A stretch of DNA of 64,000 bases, from assembly GCA_023254095.1 (NCBI GenBank), contig JALNLM010000001.1, forward strand, positions 96,001 to 160,000. The letters are read 5' to 3'. This stretch comes from Candidatus Geocrenenecus huangii. Lineage in GTDB: Archaea; Thermoproteota; Nitrososphaeria_A; Caldarchaeales; Wolframiiraptoraceae. Each line of letters begins with the position of its first letter. The first letter of the stretch is position 1. Shown here piece by piece: positions 9,651-20,353 of the stretch. The translations under genes were made by a program, and so were the position numbers. Below the pieces are notes generated by a model. The model made no database searches, had not been told where the DNA came from, and saw only the letters and a program-made list of their open reading frames with translations.

Positions 9651-10562
9651 GTGATCGAGAACGACTTAGACTGGGTAGCTTCTAGATGTGTTTCAGCTCT
9701 TCTCCTAGAGGTCTCCACTACGCCTAAGCCGGGGTTGGTCGATATGTACCACGATTTCAGAGAGACATTATTCGAACATTTTTTGATATCTTCTTCAACA
9801 TTGTATTCTTGTTTCAATAAGTCTGCAGAGATTGGATATACGAAACATGGCAAAGGTTTAGGGAAAGTAATCTATGAAGGAGTTGAAAACATGCTATCGT
9901 GCCAGAAGGGAGGAAACACCCATCTAGGAGCACTACTGTTAATCTCCCCTATTGCAGCTGCAACTCCATTATCGAGATCTAAGCCTGTCGACCCCGTGGT
10001 CCTCAGGAAGCATTTGAAGACAATACTATCTAGGATGGATTGGAGGGATACCATTTACATATTTAATGCAATAAAGCTCGTTTCTCCTCGAGGTCTCGGT
10101 AGGATATCTTTCATGGATGTTTTTAGAGAGGAAACCTATACGGAGATAAAGGAAAAAAAGCTAAAACCGATAGATGCACTTAAACCCTTCATAGATAGAG
10201 AGACCGTAGCTTGTGAATGGGTTAAAATATACCCTAGGACGATGTATGGGGCTACGAGATTATTAAGAAACCTTAAAAGAATGCCGATGCGTCAAGCACT
10301 TGCTCAAACATTTCTTGAACTCCTCTCAAAGTATCCAGATACGCATATTGCTAGAAGAGGGGGGAAGGCATTAGCTTATCAGGTGTCATACATGGTATCC
10401 GAGATTCTAAGACTAGGAGGAGTAAGCAGTAGAGAGGGGTTGAAAGCGTTGAATGAGCTGGATGAAAGAATGAGGAGAAGTTGGAGGATGAGACCCGGAG
10501 CAACAGCAGATCTGCTTGCTTCCTCCATCGCTGTTGTACTCTTATCAGGATGGAATCCATAA
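9651..10562 (+). CDS. citG: CitG-family triphosphoribosyl-dephospho-CoA synthase-like protein
   Basis: LEVS.TPKPGLVD, NTHLGALLL, DTHIARRGG, PGATADL. Confidence 0.85.
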   Translation: MIENDLDWVASRCVSALLLEVSTTPKPGLVDMYHDFRETLFEHFLISSSTLYSCFNKSAEIGYTKHGKGLGKVIYEGVENMLSCQKGGNTHLGALLLISPIAAATPLSRSKPVDPVVLRKHLKTILSRMDWRDTIYIFNAIKLVSPRGLGRISFMDVFREETYTEIKEKKLKPIDALKPFIDRETVACEWVKIYPRTMYGATRLLRNLKRMPMRQALAQTFLELLSKYPDTHIARRGGKALAYQVSYMVSEILRLGGVSSREGLKALNELDERMRRSWRMRPGATADLLASSIAVVLLSGWNP

Positions 10563-10594
10563 TAATGTATTTATAAGTTATCTTAAAACATATC

Positions 10595-11311
10595 TTGCGG
10601 AACGATGAACCTTCATGTATGGAGAAGAAAACCGTATCCGTTAAGAAGGTGCTCCCTCATGCATCTCCGAACATAACCTATGAAACTGTTTTAACAACAA
10701 AGTCTAGCAATGGTGTAGTAAATGCTGCACCTATAGGGGTTAAGTTTCTAGATGAGGAGCTTTCATGTTTTCTTTTAAGAATCTATAAGAAGAGTAGAAC
10801 GTACAACAACCTCTTAGAAACACGTGTTGGCGTAGTAAATATCACCCGTAACCCGATTGTCTTTATCAAGTATCTCCTAAGAGATAAGAAGAGATACTTG
10901 GAGAGGGAAATCGAGGATGCGTTAAATGTAGATGCTCCTAAATTGAAGGATGCCGAAGCATATATCGAGTTTACTGTGGAGAGCGTTCATCATAGGATAA
11001 ATCTGGGAGAATTCTATTGCCTAGCTGTAAATGCGTATGAGGGGGTAAAGACAGCCCAACCATATAGTAGGGCCGAGTATGCATTGGTCGAGTTATCCGT
11101 GAACATCAGTAGGGTGGAACCGTATCTTGAGCAGGGTCTCGACTTATCTGAGCTACTTAATTCTATAGCTTATTGCTTGAAGGTTATTGATAAGACCGCC
11201 GCCAAAACCGTGATAGAAGACTATTCTAGGCTTCTACTGTCTTCTCTCTCCGACCACTCTTCTTTACTCTTGAAAAGACATCTTTCACGATTAGGAATAC
11301 ATTTACAATAA
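10595..11311 (+). CDS. DUF447-family split-barrel protein
   Basis: YETVLTT...NAAPIGV...SRTYNNL...VVNIT; SRAEYALVE. Confidence 0.8.
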   Translation: MRNDEPSCMEKKTVSVKKVLPHASPNITYETVLTTKSSNGVVNAAPIGVKFLDEELSCFLLRIYKKSRTYNNLLETRVGVVNITRNPIVFIKYLLRDKKRYLEREIEDALNVDAPKLKDAEAYIEFTVESVHHRINLGEFYCLAVNAYEGVKTAQPYSRAEYALVELSVNISRVEPYLEQGLDLSELLNSIAYCLKVIDKTAAKTVIEDYSRLLLSSLSDHSSLLLKRHLSRLGIHLQ

Positions 11312-11786
11312 TTAAGATCACCAATACAATTCTTCCATACGGAGGGTATATTTCTCCTCTGAGGAATAATGAGAGATAGCCGAGGCCTGTCCAGTAAGGG
11401 ATCTTTACTCCGGTCCATCTACCAACAATATATTCTGGTGGGACTGGTGAAAAATAGTCGGAGCCCGTATTTGCATCTCCCTTCGTAATGAAGCCTGCGT
11501 CAACTTCACGGATAGCCCTATGAACGATCAATATGCTTGTCCCAGGTTTGTAGAAGACTATAACATCACCGTTAACTGGGTCAGCTCTAATCTCTTCTGG
11601 TGTGACCTTCTCTATGATTATTACGTCGCCCCTATACAGGACCGGCTCCATGCTTCCACTCTTAACGACAAGTATTGGGAAGACCTCTCCTTTAACACTG
11701 TATACTGCTGCGAGAATGAGGAGCCCGAATAGGAGTATCAACAAAACAATAACGAACGTATCTAGTATTCTACCGAGTCTTTTCAA
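11226..11786 (-). CDS. Signal peptidase I (S26, Sec11/SipW-type)
   Basis: SGSMEP, GDVI, IVHR, ITKGDAN; N- and C-terminal TM segments. Confidence 0.92.
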   Translation of the reverse strand: MKRLGRILDTFVIVLLILLFGLLILAAVYSVKGEVFPILVVKSGSMEPVLYRGDVIIIEKVTPEEIRADPVNGDVIVFYKPGTSILIVHRAIREVDAGFITKGDANTGSDYFSPVPPEYIVGRWTGVKIPYWTGLGYLSLFLRGEIYPPYGRIVLVILIIVNVFLIVKDVFSRVKKSGRREKTVEA

Positions 11787-11798
11787 TTATTCCACCTT

Positions 11799-14555
11799 CT
11801 ATATCTTCGGTATCTTCATAATTCTTTTCACTGTTTTCTTTTTCCGATGAGTACTTTTAAGTTTGATCTTTCTAGCAAGATGCGAGAAAATCATTACGAT
11901 ATTGACTAACGGGAGTAGCATTAGGATGACCGGGTTGACAAATTGGACCGGAAGCATGAAACTTAACTTGGTTTCATCTATTATCTGGATTGATGAAAAG
12001 TATTCTTCGCCGTCGTAGAGTATGCCGACCTTGTAGGCTCCGCCAGGCATATACGATTCTACTACCCCATTCTCATCCGTCTCCAGTTCTTCTATTAGAA
12101 TATTATCACGCTCCATTCTCAATCTTAATCCTTTCAACTTCTCGCCTAAAGTGTTGTAGAATGTGCTCACAAATTTATATACATCGACTTGCATCGTCAA
12201 ACTCTTAGGAGAATCTAAGGTAAAGGTCTTAGACCCTACCTTCACATTCTTGAATACTACTTCTATGGTTAATTCGCCTCCCGGAAGCTTCTCAGTAAAT
12301 GGGTTGTTTTCAGAGATAGAGATCTCTGACGTTTTCTTCCCGCTCACGTATATGTTGACTTTCCCGAATTTCATTGTTTCCCCATTCTTCAGTTTTACAG
12401 ATGCTTCCAATGTGTAGATGCTCGCACTAATTGTTACGGGCATCTCGTCTGTTACCAGATTTATTTCACGTGTATCCGTCTTTACCTTAACGTCCTTGTA
12501 ATATACTCCTACAATATAGAGGGTTATATTCGGAAGGTTAGGGATCCTCGCTTGTCCATTCTGGTTTAAGTCTACTAAGACCTCTTTATCTCCAACCGAA
12601 ATAATGACTCTTCCACCATCTATCGCTTGTTTCTCTGCATCTACTACGTTTAGTCTTAAATCTAGAATTCCAGGCGCGACTACTTCTAGAAGATTTCTAT
12701 CTATTTCGATAGGTGCTTCTCCTTCTCCAACTTTAAACCCGTAAAGATATACCTTGTAAGAATATGTTGTGAATGGTATATTCCTGAGAAAAGCAATACC
12801 TGAAGTATTTGTCATACTGTTTGTCTTCGACGCTCCCACCAGTAATTCTATCAACGCATCTGGGATGACTGATTCCTTATCTTTATCATAAAGTTTTATG
12901 TAGGCGTCTCCGACTCTTAGATTAATCGTGTAGGATGTCGACGACTGAGGCTGGACGACGACTTGACCAGATTCTACACCCATAACATAAGCTACAAAAT
13001 TATATTTTATGGGTAGAAACTCTCCTACCTCAGCTAGACCAGAGTTATCAGTTTTGAATATAAAGTATCTTGCACCATTCTCTAGATAGGCTACGACGTC
13101 TGCTGACAAAGGCTCATCATAGATATTCAGCGTGGCCACAGTAATGTTCTTTCCTCTAATCTTTATAGATAGTTCTTGCTCGTCTCTCGTAATGCCTACC
13201 TTTGTTTCTGCAACCTCTTGCTCCCCTATGTAGAGTTTTACCAAGTATTCTTCGTATGCTGGAATATTTTCTAGAGAAACGTATCCAGCTGAGAAGTCTA
13301 GAGGTATTTCTAGAACTTCTTTCTTTAATATTCCTTTCAGATATCTGGTTATAGATGAGTTTGCGAGAGATGATCCATCAATAGTTAATCTTGAATCAAA
13401 GAAGTTTGCCCTGATGCTTCCTTTAGCTGTCTGCGGAGTTATTTCATACTCTTTAGAGTAGACAGTTATCCCCGCCACAGAAACGGTTAACTTGAACTCT
13501 CCGAGGGGAACGTGGCCGAATCTCAATTCTCCCTCTAACGTTGAAGTTCTTGATACAAGCCTATTCATGTTGTCTCTTATCTCTCCATTAATCTCTGTTC
13601 CCAGATTTGAAACGATACTTTCACCATCGAAATCGTACACTGTAATGTTAAGTCTCACGGCCCGAGTAGTTACAGAGGCCGTTTCATCTCCATCTTTCAC
13701 CTTGACTAATCTGTCATCTGATCGATAAACTTCGTACTCTCCTAACTTAGCGATTAGATAGTATTGACCGTTTGGGATAAGCTTCAAGACAGCATAGCCT
13801 GTCGAGTTCGATACGGCTTTAAAGGCAACGCCTTCTTGTATGTCTTCTCTAAGCTCGGTCACTACCCCTTCGATAGGCCTATCCATTACATCGGAGATCT
13901 TTACGATGACTCTGTAGAGGTTTAGCTTTATATCAATGCTCTTAGCGTCTTCGGAGCACGTAGTCGTAATCTCGAATTTTCGATTAACATAACTAATATT
14001 TACTAGGTAGTCTGCAGAGGGGGTAGTATCGATTAGAGGTACAAAAGTGAATTGCACTTTACCATCTTGGTCAGTTGTACTGCTAAATCTCAACGTTTCG
14101 TTTTCTCTATGAGTAATCTCTACTTTAACATTCTCCAGAAAGTCTCTACCATACTTATCAGTGATTCTCAATGTCCACCTACTTAGTACGTTGACACGTA
14201 TCTCTTTTTTCGGGAGAGCAGAGTAGTTGAAGTTCTCAGTAATATTTACTAAGAACCCAGCTGGATAATATACTTCGAGTCTATAACTTTTCGTATCGCT
14301 GATAGATAGAGTAACCTTTCCATCACTACCTGTTCGCTTTGTATCGTTCAGATACTTGTTTCCATCTTGAACTGTGTAGGCTTTCACTACAGCGTTTGGT
14401 AAAGCTACACCATCGAATGTCTTAACAGTTATAGTTATATCGGGATAAGCGTTTGCCAGGTATACATCGTTCTCGCCACAGTACTGTAGAAAAAGTATAG
14501 AAAGAAGGAGGATAACTACGAGACTTTTTAATCTTAGTGAGTAAAGGTTGGGCAT
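11799..14555 (-). CDS. Large membrane-anchored surface protein with tandem beta-sandwich (carboxypeptidase-regulatory-like) repeats
   Basis: Signal peptide, recurring 'TD..G...F..lp...Y.v.v' units, C-terminal TM helix with basic tail. Confidence 0.75.
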   Translation of the reverse strand: MPNLYSLRLKSLVVILLLSILFLQYCGENDVYLANAYPDITITVKTFDGVALPNAVVKAYTVQDGNKYLNDTKRTGSDGKVTLSISDTKSYRLEVYYPAGFLVNITENFNYSALPKKEIRVNVLSRWTLRITDKYGRDFLENVKVEITHRENETLRFSSTTDQDGKVQFTFVPLIDTTPSADYLVNISYVNRKFEITTTCSEDAKSIDIKLNLYRVIVKISDVMDRPIEGVVTELREDIQEGVAFKAVSNSTGYAVLKLIPNGQYYLIAKLGEYEVYRSDDRLVKVKDGDETASVTTRAVRLNITVYDFDGESIVSNLGTEINGEIRDNMNRLVSRTSTLEGELRFGHVPLGEFKLTVSVAGITVYSKEYEITPQTAKGSIRANFFDSRLTIDGSSLANSSITRYLKGILKKEVLEIPLDFSAGYVSLENIPAYEEYLVKLYIGEQEVAETKVGITRDEQELSIKIRGKNITVATLNIYDEPLSADVVAYLENGARYFIFKTDNSGLAEVGEFLPIKYNFVAYVMGVESGQVVVQPQSSTSYTINLRVGDAYIKLYDKDKESVIPDALIELLVGASKTNSMTNTSGIAFLRNIPFTTYSYKVYLYGFKVGEGEAPIEIDRNLLEVVAPGILDLRLNVVDAEKQAIDGGRVIISVGDKEVLVDLNQNGQARIPNLPNITLYIVGVYYKDVKVKTDTREINLVTDEMPVTISASIYTLEASVKLKNGETMKFGKVNIYVSGKKTSEISISENNPFTEKLPGGELTIEVVFKNVKVGSKTFTLDSPKSLTMQVDVYKFVSTFYNTLGEKLKGLRLRMERDNILIEELETDENGVVESYMPGGAYKVGILYDGEEYFSSIQIIDETKLSFMLPVQFVNPVILMLLPLVNIVMIFSHLARKIKLKSTHRKKKTVKRIMKIPKI

Positions 14556-14640
14556 ACCTCAATGCACTAATGATAATAGCGGTCTTTGTAGGATATATTT
14601 ATGACGTTCTCTAGAAATCTCTTCAAATAGGTGGAATAGC

Positions 14641-15060
14641 TTGAAATTGTATCGGGGAGAAATAAATGTTAAGACTTATGGAGAAGGAGACTTAGTAGAT
14701 TTAAATGGGAAGCTTGAAGAGCAAGTAAAGAAGTCTGGAGTTAGAGAAGGCATCGTACACGTGTTTGTTGTAGGATCGACGGCCGCGTTGACAACCATTG
14801 AGTATGAAGAAGGCTTGAAAGAAGACTTATTCAACATATTGGAGAGAATTGCTCCACGGGATATTGATTACAAGCATCATCTCCGGTGGGGAGATTATAA
14901 TGGGCATAGCCATGCCAGGGCTTCTATAATCGGTCCAAGCATATCTATCCCTATTGGAGATGGGAAACTTCTTCTCGGTACATGGCAACAAGTCGTTCTG
15001 GTAGAGTTGGATACTAGGCCAAGGTCTAGAAAGATAATAACGATGATTATTGGCGAGTAG
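14641..15060 (+). CDS. yjbQ: YjbQ/UPF0047 family protein
   Basis: GSTAALTTIEYE, NGHSHARAS, LGTWQQV. Confidence 0.92.
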   Translation: MKLYRGEINVKTYGEGDLVDLNGKLEEQVKKSGVREGIVHVFVVGSTAALTTIEYEEGLKEDLFNILERIAPRDIDYKHHLRWGDYNGHSHARASIIGPSISIPIGDGKLLLGTWQQVVLVELDTRPRSRKIITMIIGE

Positions 15061-15673
15061 ACTTAGACTGTTTCTCTATTATCGTTTCTAGAGTCCATCT
15101 AATCGCATTAACTATCTCTCTAAGCCTATACTCTTCTCTAAAATTCCTTATTACTATCTCCTTGACCCTATCGCCTTCCTGAACTATGTTGTAGACTAGT
15201 TCATGACCAGGTGGAAGCCTCCCCTTCTCAACTCTCTCTGAATCTGTCTTCGCCATCGATTCTAAGACCTTCTTGACTAGAAAGGATGAGAAAGGTTTCA
15301 TGTCGTACGTAACGTTTATGCTTGGATCGATAATGAATCTCAACTCGGTTGGCGAGATGTAAACGGTGGCTAGAGTATCGCCCGTCCTAGATTTGAGAAT
15401 CCTAATCCTACCTTCCTCGACTTCCTGCGGAGCAGGTGCTTCAGGTTTGACAGGTACTGCCTTCTGGGCTTCTTTGACGACTTCTCCTACTTCTTCTTTC
15501 GTCTCTATAGATATAGAAGGCTTCCTGAAGCTCTTCTCTACAAGCTCTCTATCAACTAGTTCAACCATCTGTTTTAGAAGATTTAATTCTTTCTCTAGCT
15601 CGCTGATCCTTTCCTCCAGATATTCTTTTACTTTCGCTAGATTCTTTAATTGTTCTTTTTCTTCTTCAGACAT
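15047..15673 (-). CDS. Hypothetical protein with N-terminal coiled coil, downstream of ligase
   Basis: Likely ATG at 15673 after GAGGTGGAG; heptad-rich N-terminus; operonic with lig. Confidence 0.7.
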   Translation of the reverse strand: MSEEEKEQLKNLAKVKEYLEERISELEKELNLLKQMVELVDRELVEKSFRKPSISIETKEEVGEVVKEAQKAVPVKPEAPAPQEVEEGRIRILKSRTGDTLATVYISPTELRFIIDPSINVTYDMKPFSSFLVKKVLESMAKTDSERVEKGRLPPGHELVYNIVQEGDRVKEIVIRNFREEYRLREIVNAIRWTLETIIEKQSKSTRQ

Positions 15674-15686
15674 ATTCTCCACCTCA

Positions 15687-17459
15687 TTAACTGCTAGGCG
15701 TCTCAACTATTTTCTTCAATTGAGAATTATACATTTCTATAAGTTCATTAACTGTTGTTGCGTCTTCTGGACTTTTATCGAGTCTATACTTGCCGGTAAA
15801 TCTTGGAAACCGTATAGCTAGTCCTGTATTTTCTTTTATGACATTCCATCCTGCACGATGTATGGGGCTGAGAGTTATTTCCGCACCTATAATCTCTAAT
15901 ACTAGCCTAGGTTCGAACCATACGTCTGCCTCCATACCTGTCTCTACTCTTGCATGTCTATGATGTATCTTACACTGCTCGAGGATACTTGGAAGTTTTT
16001 CTAGGTCTTCATCTGTAAACCCGCTTCCAACTTTACACACTGAGGGAAAAACATCTTTTTCAGGATCATATGCGGCCATGAGTAGCGCTCCATATTTTCC
16101 ACTTCTTCTACCTCTTCCATGAAATGCTCCGACTACAACGAGGTCCACTGTATCGATCATCTCACTCTTATAGTCGCGTTTATACTTGATCCAAAGCCAA
16201 CCTCTAGCCCCAGCTCTATATATGGCCTCTTTACCTAATGCTTTAACAACTACTCCTTCGCAACCTACCTCGACCGCTTCATGGAAAAATCTCTCAAGTC
16301 CTTCAGAACTATCCGTATACACTGCTTTGCTCAAGTTTATCCTCTCACCTATCTTAACTATTTTTTCAAGTATCTTTCTTCTTTGTTCAAGTGGTTCAAT
16401 GGTTAGATCTCTTCCATCTACATACAAGACGTCGAAGAAGTATAAGCTTACAGGATATTCTTCTATAGCCTTGTGTATTTCATGCTTCCTCTTACGGTGC
16501 ATTAGTTCTTGGAAAGGAAGCATCTCCCCAGTCTCCTTCTCTATTGCTACAGCTTCACATTCGAGTATTGCTTCATCCGCTAATACCGATTCCTGAACGA
16601 GCTTTACAACGTCTGGATACTGTGAAGTGATGTTCTCCTGTCTTCTAGAGAAGATGATGACGTCGCCGCCTTTCTTATGAATCTGCATTCTCTCCCCATC
16701 ATACTTGTATTCCACTATACATTTTCCTCCAACTTTATCTAGGATTTCTGTAGCAGAGGATAACCTTTCAGCCAGCATAGGTCGGACCGGTCGACCTATG
16801 GTTATCTTGATATTCTTTATACCTTCCAAGCCTTCACTAACTGCAATCTTTGCCACATACCCGATGTCTGAAGTTAGGTTGTATGCTCTCTCAAAAGATT
16901 CTCTTGCTTCTTTTCCCCCACCATACAGTATTGCGAGCGCATCGAGGATAGTCATATCGGCCACTCCTAGTCTTAGTTTGCCTGTAACTATTCTAAGAAT
17001 GTATTTAGCCTCCTTTGGTGTAGCTGATGCTAATAATCCCACGAGGATCTGTACCTTCATCTCCATAGCTCCTTCTCCAACAGCTCTAGCAATCTTCTCC
17101 AGTGATTGGTAAACCTCCTGAACTGTTAATTCATGCATATGAAGAGTTATCTGACTGCGCTTCTGTAGAAGCTTTTCAGCCACTAGCCCTATATCTCCTA
17201 GCCTACTATATTCTTCTTTAACAAACTTCTCATGTTGTCCTGAAGCGAGCTTAACAGCCCTGAGAGCTAGTTTATCAGCTACGCCTAACTCAATCCCCGT
17301 AAAGGGTGGATAGATCTCTCCAACCGTAAGGTACACGATCTTATCTATAATTTCAGGGGGGCTTTTCTTCAATAACTCTACTAAGAGATTCGTCATCTCT
17401 ATTCTACTAGTAGTCGCTTCAATCTTCTCATAGTAATCTGTAAGTTGAGAGAAATGCAT
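15687..17459 (-). CDS. lig: ATP-dependent DNA ligase
   Basis: EYKYDGER, EGVVVK, WIKYKRDY, RFPRF. Confidence 0.97.
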   Translation of the reverse strand: MHFSQLTDYYEKIEATTSRIEMTNLLVELLKKSPPEIIDKIVYLTVGEIYPPFTGIELGVADKLALRAVKLASGQHEKFVKEEYSRLGDIGLVAEKLLQKRSQITLHMHELTVQEVYQSLEKIARAVGEGAMEMKVQILVGLLASATPKEAKYILRIVTGKLRLGVADMTILDALAILYGGGKEARESFERAYNLTSDIGYVAKIAVSEGLEGIKNIKITIGRPVRPMLAERLSSATEILDKVGGKCIVEYKYDGERMQIHKKGGDVIIFSRRQENITSQYPDVVKLVQESVLADEAILECEAVAIEKETGEMLPFQELMHRKRKHEIHKAIEEYPVSLYFFDVLYVDGRDLTIEPLEQRRKILEKIVKIGERINLSKAVYTDSSEGLERFFHEAVEVGCEGVVVKALGKEAIYRAGARGWLWIKYKRDYKSEMIDTVDLVVVGAFHGRGRRSGKYGALLMAAYDPEKDVFPSVCKVGSGFTDEDLEKLPSILEQCKIHHRHARVETGMEADVWFEPRLVLEIIGAEITLSPIHRAGWNVIKENTGLAIRFPRFTGKYRLDKSPEDATTVNELIEMYNSQLKKIVETPSS

Positions 17460-17600
17460 TCCAATGAAATCTTACGCAACGTCTAATTAAAGTTTTAAAG
17501 ATGTGGATGGATGCATCTTACTTGAATATTTCTCCATTAGATTTACAAGGAATCTCCTAAATCATAATTCCGTGATCGTTCCTTAAGTATATAAGGAGGA

Positions 17601-20318
17601 TTGAAAAAGGTTTATTCGATGAATTCTTCAAATGTTTCCGAATTATTAAGAACTTATAAAGGTAGCGCTAGGATATGGAATCCGGCAAGATTAGAAAAGG
17701 TAAATCTATCATCGATGCCATACTCTATAAGAATTCTCCTCGAGAATGTTCTCAGGAATCTGGATGGAAAGGTTGTTACTGAAGAAGATGTCAAGACGTT
17801 AATAAATTGGAGAGATAACATCGGAAGAGAGATCCCATATTTTCCCAGTAGAGTAATCTTACAGGATTTCACAGGTGTTCCCGCATTAGTTGACCTTGCA
17901 GCTATGAGGGATGCAGTAAAGAAAGTCGGCGGGAACCCGAAGATCGTTAATCCACTCGTCCCTGTACACTTGATAATAGATCATTCTGTCCAGGTAGATT
18001 TCCACGGTACAAGCTATGCCCTCGAACGAAACATGGAACTGGAAATAGAAAGAAACATCGAAAGATATAGATTTCTTAAATGGGCTGAGAAGGCCTTCAA
18101 GAATCTTAAAGTTGCATCTCCGGGTTTCGGTATAATACATCAGGTTAACTTAGAGTATCTAGCACAAGTTGTGCATCTAGCTAGAAGTAATGGTAGGCTT
18201 ATAGCTTATCCAGACACTGTTATAGGTACTGACTCACACACCACGATGGTTTCTTCTCTGGGAGTACTCGGATGGGGTGTAGGAGGTATAGAGGCTGAGG
18301 CAGTAATGCTCGGTCAACCATATTATATCTCGATACCGGAAGTGATAGGAGTAAGGCTGATTGGAGAACCGGGAGAGGGGGTGACACCTACAGACATAGT
18401 CTTAACAATCACCGAGATACTTAGGAAGAGGAACTTAGTAGATAAGATTGTTGAATTCATCGGTCCAGGCGTTAGCAGGCTTTCCACACCAGATAGAGCA
18501 ACGATTTCTAACATGTCTCCTGAATATGGTCCTCGAACCGCATATTTCCCAATAGACAAGGAAACATTGAGATATCTTTCCTTGACTGGTAGAAAGTCGG
18601 AACATGTTAAATTTGTTGAAAAGTATTCGAGGAAGATTGGGATATTTAGAGAAGAGTCATCTCCAGAACCAGAATACATAAACGTGGTAGAGATAGACCT
18701 AGGCGAGGTTGAACCTTCTATCTCGGGTCCATCGAATCCTGAAGACAGGATTCCACTACGCATGGTAAAAGAAAAATTCATCCAGATGCTTAATGAATAC
18801 ATTGAGGAATTTAAGAAGGCGGGAGCATCCGTAGACTTTTACGTTAAAGCTCCACTGGAATTAGATGGCTTGAAGATGGAGCTAACGCATGGAAACATCG
18901 TTATAGCTGCTATAACGAGCTGTGTAAATACTTCTAATCCCACATTGATGATCGGTGCAGGTCTACTTGCTAAGAAAGCTGTAGAAAGGGGATTATCTCC
19001 TAAACCGTGGGTTAAAACTAGTTTCGCACCGGGAAGCCCCGTAGTGGTAGAGTATCTCAAGAAAGCGAATTTACTCCAGTATCTCGAAGCTTTAAGATTC
19101 CATGTAGTAGGATTTGGTTGTACAACATGTATAGGGAATACTGGGCCACTCCCCCCAAAGATCGCGGAAGCAATTAAATCTAATCATCTTTACGCTGTAA
19201 GCATACTAAGCGGTAATAGAAACTTCGCTGGGAGAATACACCCATTAACTAGAGGAAGCTTCTTGGCATCTCCTCTATTGGTCGTAGCATACGCCTTAGC
19301 AGGTAGACTCGACATCGACTTATACAATGAGCCGCTGGGATTAGACCCGAATGGCCAGCCAGTATATCTCAAAGACATATGGCCCAATATAAGAGAGATC
19401 AGGGAAATAATGGAAAAGGTTATTAACCCATCAGACTTCAGGAAGAAGTATAGCAAGATATTTAAGGGAAGTGAGAAGTGGAGAAAGATCCAGGTTGAGG
19501 AGTCAGACCTCTATCCATGGGATGAAAAATCAACTTATATTCGTAAGGCTCCATTCTTCGAAGACTTAACACTTGAGCCTCCAGAACTGAAAGACATAAC
19601 GAATGCTAGAGCCCTAGTTCTGCTAGGAGACCGGATAACTACCGACCACATATCGCCTGCTGGGTCCATACCAGTAGATAGTTTAGCAGGAAAGTATCTA
19701 ATCGAGAAAGGAGTTAAACCTGAAGAATTCAACACGTATGGATCGAGGAGAGGAAATCATGAGGTAATGATTAGGGGAACTTTTGACAATGTCCGGTTAA
19801 GAAACTTGTTAACGCCTGGAAAAGAAGGCGGATGGACCATACATATTCCCACTGGACAATTAATGAGGATATATGAAGCCTCCCAGAAATACAAGGAAGA
19901 AGGTACCCACATGATTGTAGTTGCTGGAACACAGTACGGTGCAGGAAGCTCAAGAGACTGGGCAGCCAAAGGTCCATACCTGCTTGGAGTTAAAGCAGTC
20001 ATTGCTGAAAGCTATGAAAGCATACATAGAAGTAACCTAGTAGGCATGGGTATACTACCGCTACAATTTGAAGAAGGACAGAGCTGGAAGACCCTAGGAT
20101 TAACTGGGAAGGAAATATTCCACATAGAGGGTATACAAGAGGGGTTGTATCCGAGAAAGAAGCTTAGAGTGAGAGCAGTAAGAGAAGACGGCTCAGAAGT
20201 TGTTTTTAACGTGATCGCTAGATTGGATACAAATACTGAGGTCGAATATTTCAAACATGGTGGCATACTAAAATACGTATTGAGAAAGCTACTCAAAAGT
20301 TCAAGAAAGGCGGAGTAG
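17601..20318 (+). CDS. acnA: Aconitate hydratase A
   Basis: QDFTGVP, DHS, DSHT, AITSCVN, GCTTCIGN, GSSRD; start may be ATG 17619. Confidence 0.96.
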   Translation: MKKVYSMNSSNVSELLRTYKGSARIWNPARLEKVNLSSMPYSIRILLENVLRNLDGKVVTEEDVKTLINWRDNIGREIPYFPSRVILQDFTGVPALVDLAAMRDAVKKVGGNPKIVNPLVPVHLIIDHSVQVDFHGTSYALERNMELEIERNIERYRFLKWAEKAFKNLKVASPGFGIIHQVNLEYLAQVVHLARSNGRLIAYPDTVIGTDSHTTMVSSLGVLGWGVGGIEAEAVMLGQPYYISIPEVIGVRLIGEPGEGVTPTDIVLTITEILRKRNLVDKIVEFIGPGVSRLSTPDRATISNMSPEYGPRTAYFPIDKETLRYLSLTGRKSEHVKFVEKYSRKIGIFREESSPEPEYINVVEIDLGEVEPSISGPSNPEDRIPLRMVKEKFIQMLNEYIEEFKKAGASVDFYVKAPLELDGLKMELTHGNIVIAAITSCVNTSNPTLMIGAGLLAKKAVERGLSPKPWVKTSFAPGSPVVVEYLKKANLLQYLEALRFHVVGFGCTTCIGNTGPLPPKIAEAIKSNHLYAVSILSGNRNFAGRIHPLTRGSFLASPLLVVAYALAGRLDIDLYNEPLGLDPNGQPVYLKDIWPNIREIREIMEKVINPSDFRKKYSKIFKGSEKWRKIQVEESDLYPWDEKSTYIRKAPFFEDLTLEPPELKDITNARALVLLGDRITTDHISPAGSIPVDSLAGKYLIEKGVKPEEFNTYGSRRGNHEVMIRGTFDNVRLRNLLTPGKEGGWTIHIPTGQLMRIYEASQKYKEEGTHMIVVAGTQYGAGSSRDWAAKGPYLLGVKAVIAESYESIHRSNLVGMGILPLQFEEGQSWKTLGLTGKEIFHIEGIQEGLYPRKKLRVRAVREDGSEVVFNVIARLDTNTEVEYFKHGGILKYVLRKLLKSSRKAE

Positions 20319-20328
20319 ATCTCACCCC

Positions 20329-20335
20329 TTTTTTT
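20329..20335 (+). terminator. Oligo-T terminator after acnA
   Basis: T7 run 10 nt after the stop codon, between convergent genes. Confidence 0.45.
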
Positions 20336-20353
20336 ACATTCCTTTCAAAAAGC

